Shown here: positions 55,677 through 63,377 of the stretch, one piece after another
Layout: every line of letters starts with the position of its first letter
Position numbering within the stretch: position 1 is the first letter of the stretch
Source of the DNA: an uncultured Bacteroidota bacterium
GTDB taxonomy: Bacteria > Bacteroidota > Bacteroidia > NS11-12g > UBA955
Reading direction: 5' to 3'
DNA: 64,000 nt
Assembly (NCBI GenBank): GCA_937867025.1
Contig: CALMKH010000048.1
Span: 9,701 to 73,700 of the forward strand
Position numbers and translations under genes: made by a program
Notes under the pieces: model-generated
Databases searched by the model: none
The model's input: the letters and a program-made list of their open reading frames with translations, nothing else
Told to the model about the DNA's origin: nothing

Positions 55677-57113
55677 TTAATCAAGACCGTATACATAAAA
55701 ATTCCCTACACGCTTTAACAGTCTCAGGCCTTCCAACTGGTCAAAGGCTGGGGGAAAGCCGGCCTCACGGCGGAAGACCAGGTGCCTTACGCCATTTTGT
55801 TTCATGACATCAAAATACCTGCCGTCCCTTGTCATCCTGAGCAGCTCTGCCGGATTTTCAAAGGAATAACCTTCGGTATCCAGGAAGTAAAAAAAGATGC
55901 AACCCGATACATCAGGCCCGACAACAGATTTCGCATCTTTGGGTATGCAGTCCTGCAATGCCTTGCGCATATTTTTATCGGCAAATTCACGTGGAATGCC
56001 GCTGACCTTGTACCATCTGTCGGGTATAATCCTTACAAATGCCCAGATAAAGTTACACACAAGAAGGGCAATGAGGAGAGGTTTAACTTTTGGAAACGTC
56101 CTTAAGCATCGCAACAGGACAATGACAAAAAGCGGTATCAGGGCCATAAAATAATAGCTGTGGTGCATCATCCGCTCGATCGCCATGATATAGAAGCAAG
56201 CAAATCCTGCGAGCCACAACAGGATAAAGATATTCTCGCGACGCATGCTGAACGATCGTAAAAAAACTACAAGGCTGATGACAAGCACCGCGAAAAGGGG
56301 CCATCCTGTAAGTATTTCTGGCAGATCCGAAACAAGGTTGTTAAAGAATGTCAGCAGTTTTTTTTCGGTGCCTATAGGCTGTATCCACAATCCGAATTCC
56401 CGGAGATTGTTCAGCTTTGTAAGACTGAGCGCATAGCGGTACCATGCCACCACAGGCACGACAACAATCATTGCAGATAGAATGGAAACTAATATGTTCT
56501 TCTTGTTTGATTGTAAAAATGCTATTGAGGAAAACGGGATGATCAGGAACTGGAACTTGACAAGTCCCGCTGTCATGGCCATCAGTACGGCTGCTACCAG
56601 GGAACCAGATTTATTGTCCTTAAAATATCCGAGGAAAAAATAAAGTGATCCCAGGGCAAGGCATAATGCCAGTATGTCGGGCATTGCATTGATGCTGTCG
56701 TAATACATCTGGGGAACGGACAATAGCAGCAAAGCCCCGCAGGTAGAAGAAAAAGCCGGAACGTTCAGTTTTCTCAACGCCTTGTAAAAGAACAGCATGC
56801 CAAATGTAAAGATCAGCAGGCTATAGATTCTGGTAGCCGTTTCGGAAAATCCCGTTAGTCTGGAAATGGCGGCAAATCCCCACTCATACAATGGGAAATG
56901 AGAACCTGTCAGGCCGTCTGTTTCGTTGCTGCGGTCAATGCGCGGTTCCAGGATATTCATATTTCCTTCTGCGAAATTCCTCGACATGCCCAGCGTGTTG
57001 CATTGTCGCCATACATGCTGCCCGCAGGGAGGAAGCTGAAGAAAAGGTAAATGGACAACCAGGTTGACTAAAAAGAAGATCAGGAATTTTTTAAAGGAAT
57101 CCGGTATCCTCAT
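55677..57113 (-). CDS. GT-C fold glycosyltransferase (family 39/83, ArnT/PMT_2-like) membrane protein
   Basis: Start at MRIPDSFKKFLIFFLV (57113; ATGA overlap with the upstream stop). First loop HVWRQCNTLGMSRNF...LEPRID...GSHFPLYEW is typical of ArnT-like enzymes. About 12 TM segments plus a C-terminal soluble domain. Confidence 0.75.
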   Translation of the reverse strand: MRIPDSFKKFLIFFLVNLVVHLPFLQLPPCGQHVWRQCNTLGMSRNFAEGNMNILEPRIDRSNETDGLTGSHFPLYEWGFAAISRLTGFSETATRIYSLLIFTFGMLFFYKALRKLNVPAFSSTCGALLLLSVPQMYYDSINAMPDILALCLALGSLYFFLGYFKDNKSGSLVAAVLMAMTAGLVKFQFLIIPFSSIAFLQSNKKNILVSILSAMIVVVPVVAWYRYALSLTKLNNLREFGLWIQPIGTEKKLLTFFNNLVSDLPEILTGWPLFAVLVISLVVFLRSFSMRRENIFILLWLAGFACFYIMAIERMMHHSYYFMALIPLFVIVLLRCLRTFPKVKPLLIALLVCNFIWAFVRIIPDRWYKVSGIPREFADKNMRKALQDCIPKDAKSVVGPDVSGCIFFYFLDTEGYSFENPAELLRMTRDGRYFDVMKQNGVRHLVFRREAGFPPAFDQLEGLRLLKRVGNFYVYGLD

Positions 57114-57727
57114 GATTTCAGTTTCAATTTCAACCTGTTTACGAACTGCCTGAACGTTTCGCTGGTATCCAGCATTTCCTTGAACTGTTCTGACGGGGTA
57201 TAAGCCTGTCTTTTGGTGTCTGCCTTTTCGTCGATACGTATTTGCAGGACAATGGACGGATCGCAAAAATATTCTCTGAGGAACGCCTGCCACTGGATCT
57301 TGATGTCCCCGATGAATTCCTCCTGCTGGCGGGTCATTGTAACAATAACTGTTTGCCCCTCAATAGTGGGTATAAGGAGTTTGATAAGGGAAATGACAGA
57401 TACTTTTTGTGTCCCCGCAAACTGGGCAAATGCTTTAAGCGTATTTTCGGAATTGAGGTCGGGGCCTGTTTGTGAAATGGGCTGGGTTGCCTGAGTCTCC
57501 TCATCTTCCTGTTCCTGAAGTTTTTTGTATTCTTCATCGGCCTCTTCCACAATTTCTGCCATGGACAATTGTGTGGCCGGCGGATAGGCTTTATTTTTTA
57601 AAGGTATTTTGGGAAGGACAAAAGATTTATCAGCCAATTCCGGCGGTTTGATCGCGTGTTTGGGGAGTATGGCTTCCTTCCTGGCTTCCGACTTTTCCGC
57701 CAGGCGTTTCTTTATGAAGTCATCACT
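57110..57727 (-). CDS. dnaX: DnaX tau-specific C-terminal region, open in the -1 frame from the A10 run (no ATG of its own)
   Basis: The -1 frame reads AAA AAA AAA AGT GAT GAC... = KKKSDDFIKKRLAEKSEARKEAILPKHAIKPPELADKSF... without a stop, into track ORF 57110-57637. An acidic/Q-rich linker (EEADEEYKKLQEQEDEETQATQP) is followed by a globular C-terminus ending ...TPSEQFKEMLDTSETFRQFVNRLKLKLKS, as in long Bacteroidota DnaX proteins. Confidence 0.6.
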   Translation of the reverse strand, partial: SDDFIKKRLAEKSEARKEAILPKHAIKPPELADKSFVLPKIPLKNKAYPPATQLSMAEIVEEADEEYKKLQEQEDEETQATQPISQTGPDLNSENTLKAFAQFAGTQKVSVISLIKLLIPTIEGQTVIVTMTRQQEEFIGDIKIQWQAFLREYFCDPSIVLQIRIDEKADTKRQAYTPSEQFKEMLDTSETFRQFVNRLKLKLKS

Positions 57728-58821
57728 TTTTTTTTTAGTTCTTCCAGCGTCAGGGCCGAATTCAGGATGCTGCGGATATGGCAGAGCTTCATTAATGCCA
57801 GCTCGATATGAAGGCGCGGATTCCTGCTGCTTTTATATTCCACGTCAAACTGGTTGTTGATGTTGAGTGCATTGAGAAGGAATGACAAATCTGTCAGCTT
57901 GCTTTGCGCTTCGTATTTGGTCTTATGGTTTTCCCCCACATCAAGAAGCCTGACTGTGGAAGCATCCTTGCACACCATCAGGTTCCTGAAGTGTTCGCTC
58001 AATCCGTTCAGCAGCAATTGCCCGTCAAATCCCTTATTCAGTACTTCATCAAACAGGTTCAGCACTTCCCCGATATTCTGGTTGAGGATACTCTCAGTGA
58101 TCCTGAAATAATAATCCTTATCCAGTATGTTGAGGTTTTCAACCGCTTTTTCATAGGTGATGCGCCCGTTACAATAACTCACCATCTGGTCGAACAGCGA
58201 AAGGCAATCCCTTAATCCGCCGTCCGCCTTTTCCGCTATCAGGTGCAGGGCTTCCTCGTCGGCTTCCACATGCTCCTTGTCTGCGATTTTACGCAGGTGC
58301 TGAACCATGTCCTTTACCTGTATACGCTTGAAATTAAATATCTGGCAACGGGAAAGAATGGTGGGAAGTATCTTGTGTTTCTCAGTGGTCGCAAGAATAA
58401 AGATCGCATATTTAGGCGGTTCCTCCAGGGTTTTCAGGAATGCGTTGAATGCAGCCTGCGACAACATGTGAACCTCGTCGATGATATATACTTTGTAGTT
58501 GCCTACCTGCGGTGGAATCCGCACCTGTTCGTTCATGTTGCGTATATCTTCAACCGAGTTATTGCTGGCGGCATCCATCTCAAAAATATTAAACGCGTAA
58601 TCCTGGTCGGGATTATCATTTTCCTTCTGGTTTATCACTTTGGCCAATATCCTGGCGCATGTGGTTTTTCCCACACCCCTGGGGCCGGTAAACAGGAAAG
58701 ACTGGGCGAGATGGTTGTTATTGATCTCATTCAGCAGAGTTTCTGTAATATGCTGCTGGCCCACGACGTCATCAAAGACTGATGGCCTGTATTTTCTTGC
58801 AGATACAATGAAATTCTCCAA
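57712..58821 (-). CDS. dnaX: DNA polymerase III clamp-loader subunit DnaX, zero-frame (gamma-like, 369 aa) product
   Basis: TTG start at 58821 gives (M)ENFIVSARKYRPSVFDDVVGQQHI, the canonical DnaX N-terminus. FTGPRGVGKTTCARILA (Walker A), IIDEVHMLS (Walker B), TLEEPP and ILSRCQIF (SRC). Ends ...LEELKKKVMTS*. Confidence 0.9.
   Translation of the reverse strand: MENFIVSARKYRPSVFDDVVGQQHITETLLNEINNNHLAQSFLFTGPRGVGKTTCARILAKVINQKENDNPDQDYAFNIFEMDAASNNSVEDIRNMNEQVRIPPQVGNYKVYIIDEVHMLSQAAFNAFLKTLEEPPKYAIFILATTEKHKILPTILSRCQIFNFKRIQVKDMVQHLRKIADKEHVEADEEALHLIAEKADGGLRDCLSLFDQMVSYCNGRITYEKAVENLNILDKDYYFRITESILNQNIGEVLNLFDEVLNKGFDGQLLLNGLSEHFRNLMVCKDASTVRLLDVGENHKTKYEAQSKLTDLSFLLNALNINNQFDVEYKSSRNPRLHIELALMKLCHIRSILNSALTLEELKKKVMTS
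57727..57736 (-). other. A10 homopolymer (T10 on plus strand) at the dnaX frame break: candidate slippage / recoding site, or homopolymer error
   Basis: Counted directly: plus-strand t at 57727-57736. The minus strand reads GAA CTA AAA AAA AAA GTG ATG ACT TCA TAA. Confidence 0.6.
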
Positions 58822-58843
58822 AACTGATGTAAGATAAAGGTTG

Positions 58844-58851
58844 CAAAAGTA
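58844..58851 (-). promoter_or_regulatory. Candidate -7 promoter box (TACTTTTG on minus strand) for dnaX
   Basis: The plus strand reads caaaagta. It lies 22 nt upstream of the TTG start at 58821, inside the track's N-terminal extension, which supports the shorter start. Confidence 0.4.
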
Positions 58852-59109
58852 AATGATTTTGATCCGAAATGAAAACCATGTTGATAAAATGCCGGGACGG
58901 CCGGACATTGGTCGGCAAAAATATATACCTTCGGCGAAATTGGCACTGTATCATGCGTTCATCTGTTGCGACGACACTAAAAACTGATATATGTTAGAAC
59001 AAATAATAATTGCCTGTAAGTGAATCTTCTATACTGCCGGATTTGTGTGTAGGACAAACAGAACAGGGTTAGTTGTTAAAAGTATTTGGAAATAATTAAG
59101 GCTGCTTTC

Positions 59110-59117
59110 TAAGTTTG
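59110..59117 (+). promoter_or_regulatory. Candidate -7 promoter box (TAAGTTTG)
   Basis: Exact TAnnTTTG match 10 nt before the ATG at 59128. Confidence 0.35.
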
Positions 59118-59127
59118 CCGTATCAGT

Positions 59128-59430
59128 ATGAGGATAACCACCAGTGTTGATCAAAACATCGCAAAGGTCAATAATATATCGGGCGTTTATAATTTAGGTG
59201 AGCCGATCCCGGTTCCCGCAGGAAAGGATATTTATATCCAGGTTCCCGCAGGCGTATACCGGTGCAACTTCAATGAAGGCATTTTTCCCGAAGACAGGCG
59301 TTTTCTGCAGCCCTCGGAAGTTCCACATGTGGTGAAGTATGACGAAATAGCGCATCTCCATTCACCCACACTTTCGATTAAAACACATTACCCGGGAGAA
59401 GACAAGGATATCATTGTTGAGTTCAAATAA
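59128..59430 (+). CDS. Hypothetical 100-aa protein
   Basis: ATG-initiated ORF with a candidate promoter. Internal mini-repeat PVPAGKDIYIQVPAGVY. No family recognised. Confidence 0.4.
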   Translation: MRITTSVDQNIAKVNNISGVYNLGEPIPVPAGKDIYIQVPAGVYRCNFNEGIFPEDRRFLQPSEVPHVVKYDEIAHLHSPTLSIKTHYPGEDKDIIVEFK

Positions 59431-59475
59431 ATCCTCATTCCGCAAGATCCGGATTTTCTCTTCTATGGACGTTTG

Positions 59476-59483
59476 TATCTTTG
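59476..59483 (+). promoter_or_regulatory. Candidate -7 promoter box (TATCTTTG) for alkB
   Basis: Exact TAnnTTTG match 10 nt before the ATG at 59494. It lies inside the track's longer ORF (59473). Confidence 0.4.
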
Positions 59484-59493
59484 CAGGCGTTCT

Positions 59494-60096
59494 ATGGACC
59501 TTTTTAAACAGAACCCGCTTTCCAACTTGTTGCCCTATGATGGCGAGGCGATATATTATGGAAGAGTGCTGTCGCCTGGCGACTCCGACGCGTATCTGCA
59601 AGCATTACTGCATTCCATAGCGTGGAAACATGATGAAGCCGTGATCTTCGGACGTCATTTTATCACCAAAAGAAAGGCGGCCTGGTATGGTGACGAAGCC
59701 TTTGATTATACGTATTCCAATACGACCAAAAGGGCGTTGCCGTGGACGCGTGAACTTCTGGAACTGAAAGAACTGTCAGAAAAGGTCACAGGCATTACCT
59801 ATAATTCGTGCCTGCTGAACCTGTATCATACAGGCGAAGAGGGTATGGCCTGGCACAGTGATGATGAAAAAAAGCTGGCCAGGGGAAAAGGAATCGCTTC
59901 ACTGAGCTTTGGCGCGGAACGGAAATTCGCCTTTAAGCACAAGGACAGCAAACAACTTGTTTCCCTTATTCTGGAGCACGGGAGCATGCTGTTAATGAAA
60001 GGGGAAACGCAGACCCACTGGTGGCACAGGCTGCCTCCATCGACCAAAGTCAGAACACCCAGGGTAAATTTGACTTTCCGAACCATTCTCCCGTGA
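59494..60096 (+). CDS. alkB: Fe(II)/2-oxoglutarate-dependent DNA/RNA dealkylation dioxygenase AlkB
   Basis: LLPYDGEAIYYG, NSCLLNLYHTGEEGMAWHSDDE (HxD), SLSFGAERKFAFKH, HGSMLLMKGETQTHWWHRLP and RVNLTFR. Confidence 0.88.
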   Translation: MDLFKQNPLSNLLPYDGEAIYYGRVLSPGDSDAYLQALLHSIAWKHDEAVIFGRHFITKRKAAWYGDEAFDYTYSNTTKRALPWTRELLELKELSEKVTGITYNSCLLNLYHTGEEGMAWHSDDEKKLARGKGIASLSFGAERKFAFKHKDSKQLVSLILEHGSMLLMKGETQTHWWHRLPPSTKVRTPRVNLTFRTILP

Positions 60097-60172
60097 CAAA
60101 CCAACTAATTCCTTGCCTGTCAATTTGTTTAATTATTTTTAAACAAAATCTTTTTTAATTGGATTTTAGTCC

Positions 60173-60180
60173 TATATTTG
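60173..60180 (+). promoter_or_regulatory. Candidate -7 promoter box (TATATTTG) driving the riboswitch leader
   Basis: Exact TAnnTTTG match immediately upstream of the riboswitch 5' end. Confidence 0.45.
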
Positions 60181-60185
60181 CACCC

Positions 60186-60372
60186 GATAACGGTTCCTCG
60201 CTTAAGTAATTCTTAAGCCCGGATTAATAGGGAACGGGGTGCGAATCCCCGACATTTCCCGATGCTGTGATCTCCTGCACCCTGGGTGCGTTTTTTGATA
60301 ATTCATACCACTGTACGCTCAGGCGTATGGGAAGGTTCAAAAAGGATAGGAGTAGTCAGAAGACCTGCCATT
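60186..60372 (+). promoter_or_regulatory. Cobalamin (B12) riboswitch
   Basis: Conserved elements in canonical order: GGTTCC (60192), AATAGGGAACGGGGTGCGAATCCCCGAC (60226-60253), CCCGATGCTGTGA (60258-60270), CCACTG (60308), GGGAAGG (60329), and B12 box AGTCAGAAGACCTGCC (60354-60369). It sits upstream of a TonB-dependent receptor. A T8 run at 60438-60445, preceded by an imperfect hairpin, may be the expression-platform terminator. Confidence 0.9.
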
Positions 60373-60467
60373 ATCAGACGTTTCAAAGCTTTCGGAGAAA
60401 AAGCCTGGGATATACTGATTTTTCAGCTGTCATTCCATTTTTTTTCCGTTGCTGCAAGTGTAGAAAA

Positions 60468-62360
60468 ATGAAAAGCTTCGTGCTCATAATGCTTTGCGTA
60501 TGCAGTGTTTTTTTCCTGTCCGCCCAGGAAGGGAAGGAGGACACAACCGTGCTGAAAAAGTTTGAACTGATATCCCAAAAGCCGGGCAATGAGAGCACAG
60601 GTTCGGTTAAGATCAACCTGCCTTCCGGCAGCAGTCATTCACTTGCAGATATACTTAACCAGTACAGCGCTTTGTTTGTAAAATACTATAGCCCGGTAAG
60701 CCTGGCTACGGTGTCGATGAGGGGCATGGGGGCCCAGCATACGGCAGTCCTATGGAACGGCATCAATCTGCAAAGTACGATGAATGGTGTGATGGATTTT
60801 AACCTTCTGCCGGGTTTTTTTATTGATCAGGCCGAACTTCATACCGGTGCCAATGCCACATCATCCCCTAACGGTGCTATAGCCGGGGCTATTTACCTCG
60901 ACAACAAACCTGTAAGGAACAATACGGTTTTCACCGAGCTGCAGGCCGGCAGTTTCCAGGCAAGGAGTTATGCCGCGGGAGTTACTTATGATATCAGGCG
61001 CTGGACATTCCGGAGCAGGGCTTTATATAAGGAATCAGCCAATGATTTTGAATATGTTGATTATTTCAAACCCGGGAAACCGCTTGAAAAGCTTGAACAC
61101 AGCCGCTTCAGGCAATATGGCGGCATGCAGGAAATATGGTTCAGACCCGCTAAGCGGCATCAGCTTTACCTGAACGCCTGGGGACAGGCCACCGAAAGGC
61201 AGTTGCCGCCGGTCATGGGAGCAGCGCTCTTTCATGAAAGGCAGGATGACTACAGCCAGAGGATATTGTTGCAGCATGAATGGAAAGTGAATGCCGCTCT
61301 CGCGGTAAAAAATAAGGCCGCCTATATTGATGAACGCCTCAACTATTTTAACGATAACCTTGCTCCGGCATATAACCATTCAAGGACCACATTTGCGGAA
61401 AGTGAATTAAAATACCGTGCAGCGGAAAGAGTGGTTATCTCTGCCTCGCTCAACTACACTTTGCAGCAAGCCGTAGCCGACGGATATAAAGACGGGCGGC
61501 AAAGGCACATATGGTCGCAGTGCACAAGGATTGACTGGAAAAGCCGGAATGAAAGACTGAAGCTGAGCCTGGCGAATCGTCAGCTGATTGCCGGTCGTCA
61601 TATGGCGCCTTCAAGTCCTGATTTTGGATTTGAATACCAGGTCGGGAAGAAACTGAAGTTGAAAGGAAATGCCGCATACAGTTTCAGGATTCCGACATTC
61701 AATGACCTGTACTGGATTGGAGGAGGTAACCCGAACCTCTTGCCAGAGAAAGGCAGGAAAGCAGAGTTGAGCCTGGAATTCAGGCATAAGGAATTAAAGG
61801 TGAGCCCGACAGTTTTTTATCAGCAGGTCAGCAACTGGATTATCTGGATGCCGGACACGGGTTCGAGCCTGTGGAGGGCTGTTAATGCCCGGCAGGTAAA
61901 AAGCCGCGGACTGGAGCTTGCCGCAGAGTATGCCAAAACCATATTAAAACATCATTCATTCAAGGTGTTTGGCCGGTACCAGTTTGTTCAAAGTATAAAT
62001 ACGAAGGTATATGACAGGGATAGTACAGCCCTTGGCAAACAGCTGTTCTATACGCCTGTGCATACAGGATTTGTTCAGCTGCGGTACACTTATAAACGGT
62101 TCCAGTTCTGGCTGGGATCTGTTTATACGGGAAGCCGTTTCACCACATCCGATAACGATAGGGATTATATGATGCCTGCTTACAGGATCATGAACGCAGG
62201 CATAGCTTATATGTACGCCTACAAAAAACACGAGGCTGTGCTTGGATTCCTGGTCAATAACATTGGAAATACCACGTACCAGGTCATCGAAAACAGGCCT
62301 ATGCCAATGAGAAATTATCAAGTAACTTTAAAAATAAATATTCATTATGAAAAAAATTAA
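60468..62360 (+). CDS. btuB: TonB-dependent outer-membrane cobalamin receptor
   Basis: ATG at 60468 (MKSFVLIMLCVCSVFFLSAQE signal). The track's 60267 start would translate the riboswitch. Plug motifs SLADILNQ..., VSMRGMGAQHTAVLWNGINL. BtuB-sized barrel of 630 aa. Under a B12 riboswitch. Confidence 0.85.
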   Translation: MKSFVLIMLCVCSVFFLSAQEGKEDTTVLKKFELISQKPGNESTGSVKINLPSGSSHSLADILNQYSALFVKYYSPVSLATVSMRGMGAQHTAVLWNGINLQSTMNGVMDFNLLPGFFIDQAELHTGANATSSPNGAIAGAIYLDNKPVRNNTVFTELQAGSFQARSYAAGVTYDIRRWTFRSRALYKESANDFEYVDYFKPGKPLEKLEHSRFRQYGGMQEIWFRPAKRHQLYLNAWGQATERQLPPVMGAALFHERQDDYSQRILLQHEWKVNAALAVKNKAAYIDERLNYFNDNLAPAYNHSRTTFAESELKYRAAERVVISASLNYTLQQAVADGYKDGRQRHIWSQCTRIDWKSRNERLKLSLANRQLIAGRHMAPSSPDFGFEYQVGKKLKLKGNAAYSFRIPTFNDLYWIGGGNPNLLPEKGRKAELSLEFRHKELKVSPTVFYQQVSNWIIWMPDTGSSLWRAVNARQVKSRGLELAAEYAKTILKHHSFKVFGRYQFVQSINTKVYDRDSTALGKQLFYTPVHTGFVQLRYTYKRFQFWLGSVYTGSRFTTSDNDRDYMMPAYRIMNAGIAYMYAYKKHEAVLGFLVNNIGNTTYQVIENRPMPMRNYQVTLKINIHYEKN

Positions 62361-63372
62361 AAGCGCGTCCTGGCTGATTGCAGCCCTTTTTGTTTCCGTA
62401 TTTTCTGCCTGTAAGCCGGATGAAGATGTGAAAGTGGAAACGGAGAATTTTGAAGGTGTGATCGTTGTGAACGAAGGCGGTTTCGGAAAGTCAAATGGCA
62501 GTGTCGGGGTGTTTAAACCGGGAACTGGGGATTATTTTGACGCATTCAGGAAAGCCAATGGAAGACCTCTTGGCGACGTGGTGCAATCCGTTACCCTGAT
62601 CAATGACAAATTCTATATAGTGGTGAACAACAGCAACAAGATTGAGGTGGTGAACAAGAGCGATTTCAAATCTGTGACCACCATAACCGTTACCCAGCCG
62701 CGTTATGTCCTGCCTGTGGGATCCGGCAAAGCCTATATCAGCCAGATGAATAGTCAGGTCATAGCCGTATTAAATACCAATACCAATACGATTTCTAAAA
62801 ACATAGATGTGAAGTCTGCAACCGACAACATGGCGGTGATGAACGGAAGGGTTTACGCCGGAAAGGCTTTTGGCGACAGGATATATGTGATCAATGATAC
62901 AACGGATGTAGTGGTAGATTCCATCATTGTCGGAAAAGGTGTCAGCAACATTGTCAATATCAGTTCCGACAGGATCGCCGTTCTATGTTCCGGCCTTCCA
63001 AGTGTTGAAAATGGAAAGATCGCATTTATCAATAAGGATTCCGCAAAGGTGGAGAGAAAGGTCGATTTCACCAGTGGGTCATACAGCGGTGTGATGGATT
63101 ATTACAATGGCAACCTGTACTACAGTTTCGGCGACGGTAAGGTTTACAGCATTGCTTCAACTGCAACAGCCCCTGCTGCCAGCCCGTCCATAACGCTTTC
63201 TTCAGGCTCGGTCTATGGTTTGAACATTGATAGATCCAATGGCGATCGTTACATTTGCGATGCCACGGATTTTAACAGCGCAGGCAAAGTGTATATTTAC
63301 AACAACTCTGATGACCTTGTGAGACAATTCTCTACAGGCATAGCCCCGAGCAAAGTCATATTCAACAAATAA
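62347..63372 (+). CDS. Surface lipoprotein, YncE/DUF5074-like beta-propeller, B12-locus associated
   Basis: Lipobox LFVSVFSAC. Begins VIVVNEGGFGKSNGSVGVF and repeats blade-like motifs (KFYIVVNNSNKIEVVN, KAYISQMNSQVIAVLN, GRVYAG..DRIYVIND, GKIAFINKDS, GNLYYSFGDGKVYSI, GKVYIYNNS). Overlaps the btuB stop by 14 nt. Confidence 0.65.
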   Translation: MKKIKSASWLIAALFVSVFSACKPDEDVKVETENFEGVIVVNEGGFGKSNGSVGVFKPGTGDYFDAFRKANGRPLGDVVQSVTLINDKFYIVVNNSNKIEVVNKSDFKSVTTITVTQPRYVLPVGSGKAYISQMNSQVIAVLNTNTNTISKNIDVKSATDNMAVMNGRVYAGKAFGDRIYVINDTTDVVVDSIIVGKGVSNIVNISSDRIAVLCSGLPSVENGKIAFINKDSAKVERKVDFTSGSYSGVMDYYNGNLYYSFGDGKVYSIASTATAPAASPSITLSSGSVYGLNIDRSNGDRYICDATDFNSAGKVYIYNNSDDLVRQFSTGIAPSKVIFNK

Positions 63373-63377
63373 CAGGT

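Noticed and set aside
57114-57293. 60-codon N-terminal extension of the glycosyltransferase ORF (track start 57293), overlapping the tau-like ORF
   Set aside because: The extension is Arg/Gln-rich with no TM segment. MRIPDSFKKFLIFFLV at 57113 gives a normal membrane-protein N-terminus and an ATGA coupling overlap.
58822-58954. Upstream extension of dnaX (track start 58908), and small minus-strand ORFs 58731-58946 and 58772-58954
   Set aside because: The canonical DnaX N-terminus (ENFIVSARKYRP) begins at the TTG at 58821, and a TACTTTTG -7 box lies inside the extension.
58909-59109. Looked for an SRP (4.5S/scRNA) gene upstream of dnaX, as found in some other phyla
   Set aside because: The conserved SRP domain-IV motif (GGTCCGGAAGGAAGCAGC-like) is absent on both strands. 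Only a short bulged hairpin (GCCGGAC-ATTG-GTCGGC) is present.
60125-60156. AT-only inverted repeat TTGTTTAA-N6-TTAAACAA followed by T6 after alkB
   Set aside because: It could be a weak terminator, but the stem has a single G:C pair and the region is generally AT-rich. Not supportable as a feature.
60267-60467. N-terminal extension of the btuB ORF (track start 60267)
   Set aside because: The extension translates the cobalamin riboswitch and its expression platform. A proper signal peptide begins at the ATG at 60468.
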